Below the pieces are notes generated by a model. It had not been told where the DNA came from. It saw only the letters and a list, made by a program, of their open reading frames with translations, and ran no database searches. A stretch of 64,000 nucleotides of DNA, from NCBI GenBank assembly GCA_021157415.1, contig JAGGWN010000016.1, forward strand, positions 35,833-99,832, written 5' to 3'. The DNA comes from Bacteroidales bacterium. Its GTDB lineage: Bacteria; Bacteroidota; Bacteroidia; Bacteroidales; VadinHA17. This document shows, piece after piece, positions 33,605-43,584 of this stretch. Each line of letters opens with the position of its first letter. Position 1 is the stretch's first letter. Position numbers and translations under genes: made by a program.

Positions 33605-36100
33605 TTACACAAAACTTTTTCCTGCTACCTGCACAAAAAATGCCAATAACCATGCCAAAGTAGTTGTATAGGTTACGGTCAGAGCGGCCCATTTCCAACT
33701 TCCCGATTCTTTGGCAATAGCTGTCACGGTGGCAACACAGGGAAAATATACCAGTACAAACATAATAAAACTTAAGGCGGTAACCTTATCAAAAACTTTG
33801 GTACCGGTTTTAGGGCCTTCGCTATAGGTCTCTTCTTTCAGTCTTTGTGCCAACAGCTCCGAAGAGGTTCCGCTTTTATCGGTACTTTGATAAAGAACTC
33901 CCATCGTGCTGACCACCACTTCTTTGGCTGTAATGCCGGCCAGTACGCTTACGCTCATCTTCCAGTCGAATCCCAGCGGTCTGAAAATCGGAGTAATGGC
34001 TTTGCCTATTTTCCCGATATAACTGTTCTCCAAAGCATAAGCCTCTTTTTCCTTTTGCAGGTTGACTATTGTTTGTTGCAGTTCTTGTTTTTTAGGTATT
34101 GCAATATTCCCTTCGGACATTTGTGCTACTTCTGTTTCCAGTTTGCTGATAGATTGGTCATAGGGGGTATTATTACCTGGTCGTGGAAAATACGTGAGTG
34201 CCCACACCAGGATTACGGCGATCAGAATGACCGATCCCATTTTTTTCAGATACTCTTCCCCTTTATTCCACATATGTTTCAGGGTGGTACGCAGCGTGGG
34301 CATACGATAAGGGGGCAATTCCATAACAAAAGGAGCCTCCTCTTTGTTAAAGAGCACTTTCTTGAAAATCCTGGCCACAATTGCTGCAAGAATAATTCCG
34401 GTCAAATAAATGCCCATTAACAATAAGGCTGCATGATTGGGGAAGAAGGCGGATATTAAGAGAATATAGATTGGCAGACGGGCACTACACGACATGAGCG
34501 GGTTGATCAACATGGTTAACAGGCGGTTATTTCTGTTCGGGATCGTCCGGGTAGCCATGATTGCCGGAACATTGCAGCCAAAACCCATAAGAAGGGGGAT
34601 AAATGAACGTCCGTGTAAGCCGATTTTATGCATCAGCTTATCCATGATAAAAGCCGCCCGGGCCATATACCCTGAGTCTTCCATAAAGGCAATGAAAAAA
34701 AACAGAATGAGAATATTTGGGAGAAAGACAATGACACTGCCGATTCCACCTATAATTCCGTTAACGATCAAGTCTTTAAAAGAACCGGAAGGGAGGACGT
34801 AATCAAAAAGTTTCGAGAAGAGCAGGACCAGACCATTCAGCCAGTCCACGGGATATTTTCCAACCTCGAAGGTGGCGAAGAAAGTGACAAACAGAAAAAG
34901 CAGGAAAAGCGGATATCCCCAAAAGCGGTGAGTCAGAATTGTGTCTATCTGCTCGGTTCTTTCAATGCGGTTCCTGGGCCCTTTGACAAGGGTTTCCTTC
35001 AGGGCTCCGGAGATAAAACCGTACCGGGCTTCGGTGATCAGTGTCTCTGAAGACTCGTGGTATAAGCTCTCCAGGCGTGCAATCTCTTTCGTGGCAGCTT
35101 CTTTGATCATATCGTAGTTCTCCCATGCCGACATGGAAAAATTTGCGGATTTATCCTTTTCCAGAAGCTTGATGGCGTAAAACCGTGAGGAAATGCGGAT
35201 GGTGAGTTTTTTGTTTTCCAGGATGAGGTCCTGCAAAACCCTTAAAGAATCTTCTATTTCTTTTCCGAAGTTTATATGGACATGGCGGGTTATGGGTTCA
35301 CGGTCTTCATATACGTCAATGACCTTTTCAAAAAGTTTGTAAATACCTTTTCCTCTGGTAGAGATGGTTGGAACAACAGGCATTCCCAGAAGTTTTCCCA
35401 GGGCCTGGTAATCCAGACGGTCTCTTTTTTTCAGGATATCATCGTACATGTTCAGTGCCATGACAACCCTCAGGTCCATATCTATAAGCTGGGTCGTGAG
35501 GTACAGGTTCCGTTCCAGGTTGGAGGCGTCTACAACATTGATGACAATATCAGGTAATTCTCCCAGCAGGTATTTCCTTACGTAAAGTTCTTCCGGGGTT
35601 AAAGCCGACAGGGAATAAGTTCCCGGAAGGTCGATCAGGTTAAGGGTATATCCGTTAAACTCAAAGGTGGCTTTCTTGGATTCAATGGTAACGCCTCCGT
35701 AGTTGCCGACATGTTCCTTGGAGTGGGACACCTGGTTGAACATGGTCGTTTTGCCGCAGTTGGGGTTCCCTACCAGGGCAATATTGATGATTTTTCCCTT
35801 TTTCAGTGCTTGTTCCCGCAGCACCTCTTCCGTAATCACTCCGTTGAATTTGTTTCGTGTCAGATTACGGGCTTCTTTTTCTGTAATGACTTCAATCAGG
35901 GTGGCTTCACTGCGCCGCAGGGACACAGCATATCCCATGATGGAATATTCTATGGGATCTTTTAAGGGAGCATTTCTTATTACTTTAATTTTTTGACCCT
36001 TGACGAAACCCATTTCCCCCATCCTTTTACGGAAGGAACCACGACCCATGACTTTGGCGATGAATGCGGTTTCGTTGGTATTTAATTCGGAAAGCCTCAA
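33605..36100 (-). CDS. feoB: Ferrous iron transporter, FeoA-FeoB fusion
   Basis: N-terminal FeoA/SH3-like domain (LSELNTNETAFIAKV...GFVKGQKIKVIRNAPLKDPIEY), G-domain GNPNCGKTT, and a polytopic C-terminal permease. Confidence 0.9.
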   Translation of the reverse strand: MRLSELNTNETAFIAKVMGRGSFRKRMGEMGFVKGQKIKVIRNAPLKDPIEYSIMGYAVSLRRSEATLIEVITEKEARNLTRNKFNGVITEEVLREQALKKGKIINIALVGNPNCGKTTMFNQVSHSKEHVGNYGGVTIESKKATFEFNGYTLNLIDLPGTYSLSALTPEELYVRKYLLGELPDIVINVVDASNLERNLYLTTQLIDMDLRVVMALNMYDDILKKRDRLDYQALGKLLGMPVVPTISTRGKGIYKLFEKVIDVYEDREPITRHVHINFGKEIEDSLRVLQDLILENKKLTIRISSRFYAIKLLEKDKSANFSMSAWENYDMIKEAATKEIARLESLYHESSETLITEARYGFISGALKETLVKGPRNRIERTEQIDTILTHRFWGYPLFLLFLFVTFFATFEVGKYPVDWLNGLVLLFSKLFDYVLPSGSFKDLIVNGIIGGIGSVIVFLPNILILFFFIAFMEDSGYMARAAFIMDKLMHKIGLHGRSFIPLLMGFGCNVPAIMATRTIPNRNNRLLTMLINPLMSCSARLPIYILLISAFFPNHAALLLMGIYLTGIILAAIVARIFKKVLFNKEEAPFVMELPPYRMPTLRTTLKHMWNKGEEYLKKMGSVILIAVILVWALTYFPRPGNNTPYDQSISKLETEVAQMSEGNIAIPKKQELQQTIVNLQKEKEAYALENSYIGKIGKAITPIFRPLGFDWKMSVSVLAGITAKEVVVSTMGVLYQSTDKSGTSSELLAQRLKEETYSEGPKTGTKVFDKVTALSFIMFVLVYFPCVATVTAIAKESGSWKWAALTVTYTTTLAWLLAFFVQVAGKSFV

Positions 36101-36125
36101 TTTAACCCATGTTTATTTCAACTGC

Positions 36126-36157
36126 GCATAATATATACAGCACATTTTAAATTATGC
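36126..36157. promoter_or_regulatory. Inverted repeat GCATAAT-N18-ATTATGC upstream of feoAB (candidate Fur-type operator)
   Basis: Read directly. Lies 26-57 nt upstream of the feoAB start at 36100. Confidence 0.3.
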
Positions 36158-36177
36158 AAACTTACGGCTAGCATGGG

Positions 36178-36210
36178 AAAAAAACAATACCCACTTATGG
36201 GGATTGTTTT
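36178..36210 (-). terminator. Rho-independent terminator after the DUF3276 gene
   Basis: Minus strand: aaaacaatcccc-ataagt-gggtattgt-ttttttt (one mismatch in the stem). Confidence 0.6.
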
Positions 36211-36307
36211 ACGAGAATATGTAAAAGGTTTTTTATTGCATCCGCTATCACAATAGCCGGATCCAGGATAAAAAGAGCTAATACCGGTGTATTGAGAAAA
36301 GGAAAGA

Positions 36308-36742
36308 TTACTCTTGGCTTTCACCAAGATCTTCAAATTCTACATTGGTGAAATCTTCCTCCAGGGGTTCTGCGGTTTGAACAGCAGGTTCTTCGTGAGG
36401 CACAGTGGGAGACGCTTCTGTCTGTGCTTCTTTTGATGCTTCTGTTTCTTTCCGGAGCTCGGGTTGTTCTTTCCGGATATATTCCAGAACTTCACTCAAC
36501 CCATTCATGAAACCGTCAAAGTCTTCCCGGTAAAGAAAAACTTTGTGTTTTTCATAAAAAGGCCGGCCTTCTTTCCCGAAACGTTTCTTACTCTCTGTGA
36601 TGGTCAGGTAATACTCATTCTTCCGGGTTGACTTCACATCAAAAAAATAGGTTCTTTTTCCCGCACGGACAGTAACAGAATAAATCTCATCCCTGCCGTT
36701 GCTTTCCTGGTTTTCATTTTTTTCAAATCCTTCTTCCATCAT
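36308..36742 (-). CDS. PUR-alpha-like DNA/RNA-binding protein (DUF3276 family)
   Basis: EIYSVTVRAGKRTYFFDVKSTRKNEYYLTITESKKRF...FYEKHKVFLYREDFDGF is typical of the Bacteroidota DUF3276 family. Acidic C-terminal tail. Confidence 0.65.
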   Translation of the reverse strand: MMEEGFEKNENQESNGRDEIYSVTVRAGKRTYFFDVKSTRKNEYYLTITESKKRFGKEGRPFYEKHKVFLYREDFDGFMNGLSEVLEYIRKEQPELRKETEASKEAQTEASPTVPHEEPAVQTAEPLEEDFTNVEFEDLGESQE

Positions 36743-36936
36743 ACTTCAATTTTAGGTTTCCTGGTTTTGGTTAAGTGCGTTTAGATGGTCAAATGTAAAA
36801 AAATATTTTTAAAATGTTCAAATGTTGTTGTTAAAGATATTTCTGCCGTGCAATTCCGTATATATTCCGTATATAATATTATTTGCAGGCTGTCGGGTGA
36901 ATAGAAAATAGGGGGTGTGGTAACCGATAAAATACT

Positions 36937-36944
36937 TATCTTTG
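36937..36944 (+). promoter_or_regulatory. Candidate Bacteroidota -7 promoter element (TAnnTTTG) for nusB
   Basis: TATCTTTG lies 26 nt upstream of the nusB ATG. Confidence 0.35.
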
Positions 36945-36969
36945 GGCCTTAATTTATGACAGAATTGAT

Positions 36970-37920
36970 ATGTTGAGCAGGAGACTCATCCGGATAAAAG
37001 TATTACAGGTACTATATGCTTATTCCAAAAAATCCTACAGCACTGTAAAGCAAGCGGAAAAAGAGCTGAAGACATCCCTTGAACGTACCTACTCCTTGTT
37101 TTTTATGATTATCCTTCTGTTAAGGGATGTTTCAGATTATGCAGAGGAAAGGATCCGTCTGGGTAAAGAGAAGAAAATGCCTACCCGGGAAGATTTGCAT
37201 CCCAATACCCGCTTTCTTGAAAACCGTTTACTCAGGGATCTTTCGGATCACAAAGAGATTGAAAGTTATGTGAGAAATCATGCTCTGTCCTGGCAGGATT
37301 CGCGACACATAGTGAAGAATATCTATCAGAAACTTGTTACTTCCGAAGCTTACCGTTCCTATATGGAATCAGAAACGAACTCCTATAAAAAAGATGTGGG
37401 AATCATTAAATACCTGCTCAGTGAGATACTCCCCGAATCGGAAGACCTTTGTTCCGTACTTGAAGAGCAGAGTATATACTGGAATGATGAACTGGAATTT
37501 GTCCTTTCCGTCCTGCTTCGTTTTTTCGAACAATTTCCGGGTAAGCAAACTGAAAATATTGCAATTCCCCCTTTGTTTAAGAATAAAGAAGATGAAGATT
37601 TTGCTTACAAATTATTACATAAGAGCATATTTCATACCGAAGAATACAAAATGCTCATAAAGGATCATGCCGATCACTGGGATGTGGATCGCATCGCCAG
37701 GATGGACATTCTCATCCTGATACAGGCTATTGCCGAGATCCTTCATTTTCCGGAGATCCCTGTACGTGTAAGCATCAATGAATATATCGAGCTGGCCAGA
37801 TATTACAGCACTCCGAAAAGTTCCGTATTTATCAATGGATTACTGGACAAAATTGTTTCCGACCTGAGAAAAGCAAACAAAGTCCACAAAGAAGGACGCG
37901 GGTTGATCGGGGAGATTTGA
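36970..37920 (+). CDS. nusB: Transcription antitermination factor NusB (long Bacteroidota form)
   Basis: MLSRRLIRIKVLQVLYAY... and a C-terminal NusB fold region (...DRIARMDILILIQAIAEIL...VSINEYIELARYYS). Confidence 0.8.
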   Translation: MLSRRLIRIKVLQVLYAYSKKSYSTVKQAEKELKTSLERTYSLFFMIILLLRDVSDYAEERIRLGKEKKMPTREDLHPNTRFLENRLLRDLSDHKEIESYVRNHALSWQDSRHIVKNIYQKLVTSEAYRSYMESETNSYKKDVGIIKYLLSEILPESEDLCSVLEEQSIYWNDELEFVLSVLLRFFEQFPGKQTENIAIPPLFKNKEDEDFAYKLLHKSIFHTEEYKMLIKDHADHWDVDRIARMDILILIQAIAEILHFPEIPVRVSINEYIELARYYSTPKSSVFINGLLDKIVSDLRKANKVHKEGRGLIGEI

Positions 37921-38019
37921 AACATTCCGGTAAAATTATTTCCGGAAAAGAACAGAAGTTCTGTTGTTGGTGATGTGCTAAAAATCTTGTTTCTTTGCAA
38001 TAGAAAAAATAAGAGCCTT

Positions 38020-38466
38020 ATGAAGAGGATTGTTTTTGTGATTGCCATTGTAACGTTCTTTATTTCGGCCTGTAACCAAAAACATGCGGGAACAGCGGGA
38101 GAAAACCGATCGACGGTAACGGAAAATACAGCCCGGGCTGATACCGGTCATGCCAGGATACAATTTAAAGCCTATCAACATGATTTTGGGAATATGGTGG
38201 AAGGGGAGATTGTTTCGTATATTTTTACATTTACCAATACAGGAACAGCCCCTCTGTTGATTAGCTCGGCCTCCGCCTCATGTGGTTGTACGGTGCCAAA
38301 ATATTCAAAAAAACCTGTTCAACCGGGCGATAGCGGAGAACTGGAGGTGGTTTTTAACAGCCGGGGAAAACTGGGCGCACAACACAAAACCATTGCTGTC
38401 AGGGCGAATACGCGACCTCCGGTGACCCTGCTGATTATTACTGCGAACGTTAAGGAAAAAGAATAG
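38020..38466 (+). CDS. DUF1573 domain-containing lipoprotein
   Basis: The ATG at 38020 gives MKRIVFVIAIVTFFISAC. Also HDFGNMVEGEIVSYIFTFTNTGTAPLLISSASASCGCTVP. Confidence 0.8.
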   Translation: MKRIVFVIAIVTFFISACNQKHAGTAGENRSTVTENTARADTGHARIQFKAYQHDFGNMVEGEIVSYIFTFTNTGTAPLLISSASASCGCTVPKYSKKPVQPGDSGELEVVFNSRGKLGAQHKTIAVRANTRPPVTLLIITANVKEKE

Positions 38467-38524
38467 AAATCCAACTTGTAAACCAGAAAACATTAAATAA
38501 ATTTCATAATTAAAACTGAAAAAA

Positions 38525-38851
38525 ATGAGTTACTTAAGTATGATTCTTGCTACGGCCCAGGGTGGTCAACAACAACAAAACCCGATGATGTCGCTTTTAT
38601 TTCTGGTGGCAATCATTGTGATTTTTTATCTTTTTATGATCAGACCCCAGGTAAAAAGACAAAAAGAACTGAAAAATTACCGTGAGAGCCTGAAGAAAGG
38701 GGACCGGGTAATCACAACGGGAGGTATTTACGGTAAAATTACCGATGTGAAAGACAATACGGTTACGCTGGAAATTGCCGACAATACAAGGGTCAGGGTG
38801 GACAAGAGCGCTGTTCTGAAAGATGCCTCCGACCTGGGACAGCAGAAATAA
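38525..38851 (+). CDS. yajC: Preprotein translocase subunit YajC
   Basis: FLVAIIVIFYLFMIRPQVKRQKE...GDRVITTGGIYGKITDV. Confidence 0.85.
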   Translation: MSYLSMILATAQGGQQQQNPMMSLLFLVAIIVIFYLFMIRPQVKRQKELKNYRESLKKGDRVITTGGIYGKITDVKDNTVTLEIADNTRVRVDKSAVLKDASDLGQQK

Positions 38852-38860
38852 TCCAAAGCC

Positions 38861-39865
38861 TTGGACCGGCTGGAAAAAATAAGAGACTGGCTTCGCGATC
38901 GGATAAAAAATATAAAATTTGGCCGCGATACGGTAATCTTTTTGTTTTTTCTGGCCCTTTCTACGGTATTCTGGCTTTTTAACCAACTGAGTAAGGATAC
39001 TACAGCTGATTTTTCAGTGCGGGTGCGGTTTAAAAATGATGTGCCTGATCGTGTAATCCTAAACGATCTTCCGGAACATCTGATATTGCAGGCAAAGGGG
39101 CAGGGATACACCCTGATGAAATATAAATTAAAACCGTACGTGAAACCTCTGGAGGTGGATCTTAGGTCTTTTCCTTTGCGACCTGTGGAGTCAGGGAATA
39201 ACCGGGTGTTTTATCTGTTGACCTCTTACCTGAGGGGAATGGTGAATGACCGGATGGGAAGAAGCCTTGATGTTACAGGCATACGGCCGGATACTTTATA
39301 TTTTGTTTTTGACAGTCTGATCAAAAGAAAACTGCCTGTTTTTCCTGATGTGAAGATTACACTGGCCCGGCAATTTATTTTTAAAGAACCCATACACGTG
39401 GACCCCGATACTGTCATGGCTTCAGGTCCTGCAGCTCTGTTGGATACCCTGAAAAGCATTACTACGAAACATGCGGAATTCAATGAGGTAGCGGAGTCTT
39501 TTGAAACATTACTGCCGGTACAGTCATTAAAAAACGTGAAGGTCACTGCCGGAAAAATAAAGATAAAAGTAGAGGTTGAGCAATTTACCGAAGCCGGTTT
39601 TGAAATACCGGTTGAGGAAATCAACGTACCCGATAGCGTCAGGCTGTTTTTATTCCCTGCCAGGGTTAAAGTGACTTTTCATGTGGGGCTAAGCCGATAC
39701 AAAAAAGTCTTACCCGAACTTTTTACTGCACAGGTGGATTATAAGGATGTGGCCAAGGACCGGTCGGGGAAGATCAGAGTCTATCTGGTACAGAAACCGG
39801 ATTATATTGAGTCTGTTCGCATTGATCCTTCCAGGGTGGAGTATTTAATTGAAAAGATACGGTGA
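38861..39865 (+). CDS. YbbR-like domain-containing protein
   Basis: TTG start. N-terminal TM segment (VIFLFFLALSTVFWLF). Repeated beta-rich YbbR-like modules. Occupies the conserved position between yajC and coaE. Confidence 0.6.
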   Translation: MDRLEKIRDWLRDRIKNIKFGRDTVIFLFFLALSTVFWLFNQLSKDTTADFSVRVRFKNDVPDRVILNDLPEHLILQAKGQGYTLMKYKLKPYVKPLEVDLRSFPLRPVESGNNRVFYLLTSYLRGMVNDRMGRSLDVTGIRPDTLYFVFDSLIKRKLPVFPDVKITLARQFIFKEPIHVDPDTVMASGPAALLDTLKSITTKHAEFNEVAESFETLLPVQSLKNVKVTAGKIKIKVEVEQFTEAGFEIPVEEINVPDSVRLFLFPARVKVTFHVGLSRYKKVLPELFTAQVDYKDVAKDRSGKIRVYLVQKPDYIESVRIDPSRVEYLIEKIR

Positions 39866-40446
39866 AGAGAGTAGGGGTCACAGGAGGTATAGGAAGTGGG
39901 AAGTCTTTTGTGTGCTCGGTGTTTGAGCATATGGGGATTCCTGTTTATAATGCTGATAACCGGGCCAGAGAGCTGATGAAAAGATCGCCGCAACTCAGAG
40001 AGTCGCTTACTGCATTACTGGGGGAAAAAGCATACCGCGAGGATGAATTGAACAGGTCTTATCTGGCACAAATACTTTTCAGGGATCCTGCCATGCGCGA
40101 GAAGATCAACGGACTGGTACATCCTGAGGTCTTCATGGATTTTCAACAGTGGGTACAAAAAAATCAGGGGAAACACTATGTCATTCAGGAGGCGGCTATT
40201 ATTTTTGAAAGTGGCGCTGACCGCTTACTGGACAGGGTTATCAATGTGTATGCTCCTGTACGCGAACGGATTCAGCGATTGATGAGTCGCGATAATCTGG
40301 AACCGGAAGAGATCAGAAAGAGAATGCGTAGTCAGATAACCGAAAAAGAACGCCGCCAAAGGGCTGACTATGTCCTGGTAAATGACGGAAAAAGAATGTT
40401 GTTGCCTCAGATCGTGAGAATACATAATGATTTGTTAAGAAATTGA
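39862..40446 (+). CDS. coaE: Dephospho-CoA kinase
   Basis: GTG start overlaps the previous stop. P-loop VGVTGGIGSGKS. Confidence 0.85.
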   Translation: MKRVGVTGGIGSGKSFVCSVFEHMGIPVYNADNRARELMKRSPQLRESLTALLGEKAYREDELNRSYLAQILFRDPAMREKINGLVHPEVFMDFQQWVQKNQGKHYVIQEAAIIFESGADRLLDRVINVYAPVRERIQRLMSRDNLEPEEIRKRMRSQITEKERRQRADYVLVNDGKRMLLPQIVRIHNDLLRN

Positions 40447-40453
40447 ATTAAAC

Positions 40454-41173
40454 ATGGGAAAATTCGGAAAATGGATCGGCGGGGGCCTGGGATGGGCCTT
40501 TCTCGGACCGCTGGGAGGAGTTTTGGGATTCGTGATCGGGTCCATTTATGATAAAGCCGACGACGTAAAACAGTTAAAACCCGGACAGACGACCAGGGGA
40601 GATTTTACCGTCAGTCTGCTGGTGCTGCTGGCAGCCGTGATGAAAGCCGACGGAAAAGTAGTGCGCTCTGAACTGGATTATGTCAAAGAGTACTTGAGAA
40701 GATCTATGGGGCCGGAAGGAGCCAGGGAAGCGGTGATCATGCTGCGGGATATTCTGAAACAGAATATCCCCGTGCAGGATGTAAGTTTGCAGATCAGCCG
40801 TTATCTGGACTACCCCAGCCGCTTGCAGCTACTGCATCTGCTGTACGGACTGTCGGGCGCTGATAAAATTATGCACCCAAAAGAGCTGGAGATGATCGAT
40901 CTGATAGCCCGGAATATGGGTGTATCCGAAACAGACCGTCAATCCATTAAATCCATGTTCGTACCGGATACTGACGCCGCCTACAGGATCCTTGGCCTGG
41001 ACAGAACAGCTACCGATGAAGAAGTGAAAAAAGCTTATCATAAAATGGCTGTCGAATATCATCCTGACAAAGTAAGTTATCTGGGGGAAGAGTTTCAGAA
41101 AGTTGCCAAGGAGAAATTCCAGAAGATAAATGAAGCCTACGAGACCATCCGGAAAGAAAGAGGAATAAAATGA
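40454..41173 (+). CDS. TerB-like domain + C-terminal J-domain co-chaperone (DjlA-like)
   Basis: Glycine-rich N-terminal TM segment, a TerB-like middle region, and a J-domain AYRILGLDRTATDEEVKKAYHKMAVEYHPDK. Confidence 0.75.
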   Translation: MGKFGKWIGGGLGWAFLGPLGGVLGFVIGSIYDKADDVKQLKPGQTTRGDFTVSLLVLLAAVMKADGKVVRSELDYVKEYLRRSMGPEGAREAVIMLRDILKQNIPVQDVSLQISRYLDYPSRLQLLHLLYGLSGADKIMHPKELEMIDLIARNMGVSETDRQSIKSMFVPDTDAAYRILGLDRTATDEEVKKAYHKMAVEYHPDKVSYLGEEFQKVAKEKFQKINEAYETIRKERGIK

Positions 41174-41281
41174 TTTGCCCCGGAAAAATTGATTTTTTAT
41201 CGGAGCATTCTATCTTTGCAGGTAATTGTTTAGATTTGTGATGTTATACGGATATTTATTGAGTCAATAAATTTTTTAACC

Positions 41282-41788
41282 ATGGATATGAAAGATATTA
41301 TGGCGATCTCCGGGAAACCGGGTTTATACAAGTTTGTGGCTCAGGGTCGCAACGCTATCATTGTGGAAAACATTGAAACAGGCAAAAGAACCAGCGCTTT
41401 TACTTCCGAAAGAATCAATTCGCTGGAAGAAATATCTGTCTTTACCGATGATAAAGACATCCCATTGAAAGAGGTCTTTAAGGCCATTTTTGATAAGGAA
41501 GAAGGAAAAGAAAGCATCTCTCCCAAATCGGAGTCCCGGGAGCTGAAAGAATACTTTGCCGAAGCAGTACCTGATTATGACCGGGAAAGAGTGTATGTTT
41601 CAGATATCAGGAAGATTATCTCCTGGTATAACCTCTTGCAGAAGAATGATATGCTTTCTTTCCCGGAAGAGAAAGAGAAGGCAGAAGAAAAAGAGGAGAA
41701 ATCCGCTTCAGAAACGGAAACCCCGGAGAAACCGAAAGAGGAGAAGAAGCAGGATAAAGCTTCCACGGGAAAAGAGGAAGAGAGTTAG
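41282..41788 (+). CDS. DUF5606-like protein with Glu/Lys-rich tail
   Basis: The N-terminus IMAISGKPGLYKFVAQGRNAIIVENIETGKRTSAF is typical of a conserved Bacteroidota family. Low-complexity EK-rich C-terminus. Confidence 0.55.
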   Translation: MDMKDIMAISGKPGLYKFVAQGRNAIIVENIETGKRTSAFTSERINSLEEISVFTDDKDIPLKEVFKAIFDKEEGKESISPKSESRELKEYFAEAVPDYDRERVYVSDIRKIISWYNLLQKNDMLSFPEEKEKAEEKEEKSASETETPEKPKEEKKQDKASTGKEEES

Positions 41789-41818
41789 CGTACAGATTAT
41801 CTGTAACATTTTGATGAA

Positions 41819-43540
41819 ATGAGGGAACGTGAGTTGAAACCCGTCAGGATGAAAAGACATTTTCTTCCTGACAACTTGCCTGTTACCAGTTGGGAAGACA
41901 TAAAGCCCTGGTTTGAGGATTTGCAAGAGAGAGTTATCCGGAAGCCGGAAGAAATGGAAAGATGGCTTACCGATCGTAGTGAACTGGCTTTTGTGCTGGA
42001 GGAAGAGTTGGCCTGGCGGTACATCCGCATGAACTGTCATACGGATAATACGGAATATGCCGCGTTGTTTGAGACCTTTGTGTCGGAGATCGAGCCTGAA
42101 ATCTCCCGGTGGTCTGACAAGCTGGATGAAAAATTCCTGACTCATCCACTCTCTTTGCAACTGGATAGGGAGAGGTATAAGGTGCTGCTTCGTACCGTGA
42201 AAAACCGTCACGATCTGTTCAGGGAAGAAAATGTGCCTTTGCAGGCCGGGCTGCAGGTGCTGGAACAGGAATACGGGAAGATCGCCTCACAAATGACGGT
42301 GACCCTCAGCGGAAAAGAATTGACGCTGCAGCAGGCTTCCAATTATCTTAAAGAACCGAAGCGAGCCTTGAGAAAAGAAGCTTTTCTGAAGATCACTCAA
42401 CGGCGCCTGGAGGATGCGAAGACTTTACAGAAATTATTTACCTCCCTGATAGAAAAAAGATCGGTAGTGGCACACAATGCCGGCTTCGGTAACTACCGGG
42501 ATTACAGGTTTGCCGAGTTAGGCCGTTTTGATTACACCGTGAGTGACTGTGAGGAATTTCATGAGTCGATCCGCCGGACGGTCATGCCGCTGGTGGAAGA
42601 AATGCATACCTGGCGCCGGGAAGCGATGAGAACTGACAGACTCAGCCCTTATGACCTGGAGCATGATCCGTTGGGACGGCCGCCGCTGAAACCTTTTAAA
42701 GAGGTACAGGAACTGGTGGAGAAAGCTTCCGAAGCTTTCTCCCGGATCAACCCCCTTTTTGGAGCTTTGCTGCATGCCATGGACCGGGAAGGGTATCTCG
42801 ATCTGGACTCCAGAAAAAATAAAGCGCCCGGAGGATTTAATTACCCCCTCTATGAAAGTAATCTGCCATTTATTTATATGAATGCTACAGGCAATCTGCG
42901 GGATGTGGAGACCTTGTTTCATGAAGGAGGTCATGCCATTCATTCCTGGCTGAGCCGGGAAATCCGGCTGATTGAGTACAAAGAACTCCCCTCCGAGGTG
43001 GCTGAGCTGGCTTCCATGTCTATGGAACTGATATCTATGGATCACTGGGATGTATTCTTCCCCGCCAGGGAAGATCTGTTACGCGCTAAAAAAGACCAGC
43101 TGGAAGGGATCATACGTATTTTGCCCTGGATAGCTGCCATTGACAAATTCCAGCACTGGATCTATACCCACCCCGGACATTCGTACGAAGAAAGGAACGA
43201 TACCTGGGTAAAGATCATGAAAGATTTTTCATCCTCGCTGGTGGACTGGAGCGGGTTTGAGAAATACAGGAGCCATACGTGGCAGACTCAACTGCATCTC
43301 TTCGAAGTGCCTTTTTACTACATCGAATACGGGATTGCTCAACTTGGGGCCATTGCTATATGGAAAAACTACCGGGACGATCCTGAAAAGACCATCCGGC
43401 AATATATGGACGCCCTCTCGTTGGGGTACTCCCGTCCTATTCCGGAGATCTATCAGACTGCCGGGATACGTTTTGATTTCAGCCTCGCATATGTCCGTGA
43501 ATTGATTTCTTTTCTGAGAAATGAACTGGATCGGCTCTGA
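41819..43540 (+). CDS. M3-family oligoendopeptidase (PepF-like)
   Basis: HEGGHAIH zinc motif. 573 aa, collinear with oligoendopeptidase F-type proteins. Confidence 0.8.
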   Translation: MRERELKPVRMKRHFLPDNLPVTSWEDIKPWFEDLQERVIRKPEEMERWLTDRSELAFVLEEELAWRYIRMNCHTDNTEYAALFETFVSEIEPEISRWSDKLDEKFLTHPLSLQLDRERYKVLLRTVKNRHDLFREENVPLQAGLQVLEQEYGKIASQMTVTLSGKELTLQQASNYLKEPKRALRKEAFLKITQRRLEDAKTLQKLFTSLIEKRSVVAHNAGFGNYRDYRFAELGRFDYTVSDCEEFHESIRRTVMPLVEEMHTWRREAMRTDRLSPYDLEHDPLGRPPLKPFKEVQELVEKASEAFSRINPLFGALLHAMDREGYLDLDSRKNKAPGGFNYPLYESNLPFIYMNATGNLRDVETLFHEGGHAIHSWLSREIRLIEYKELPSEVAELASMSMELISMDHWDVFFPAREDLLRAKKDQLEGIIRILPWIAAIDKFQHWIYTHPGHSYEERNDTWVKIMKDFSSSLVDWSGFEKYRSHTWQTQLHLFEVPFYYIEYGIAQLGAIAIWKNYRDDPEKTIRQYMDALSLGYSRPIPEIYQTAGIRFDFSLAYVRELISFLRNELDRL

Positions 43541-43558
43541 CGCTTCCGGTTCTTTGAT

Positions 43559-43584
43559 CCTGCCTCCTGCAGGCAGGAATCTTT
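43559..43584 (+). terminator. Candidate terminator hairpin between the convergent M3 peptidase and mazG genes
   Basis: CCTGCC-tcctgca-GGCAGG followed by aatctttt. Confidence 0.35.

Noticed and set aside
36853-36874. Tandem 11-bp duplication attccgtatat x2 in the nusB / DUF3276 divergent region
   Set aside because: It is real in the sequence. However, two copies of a short AT-rich unit in a promoter gap are most simply a slippage duplication, and I have no basis for assigning a function.
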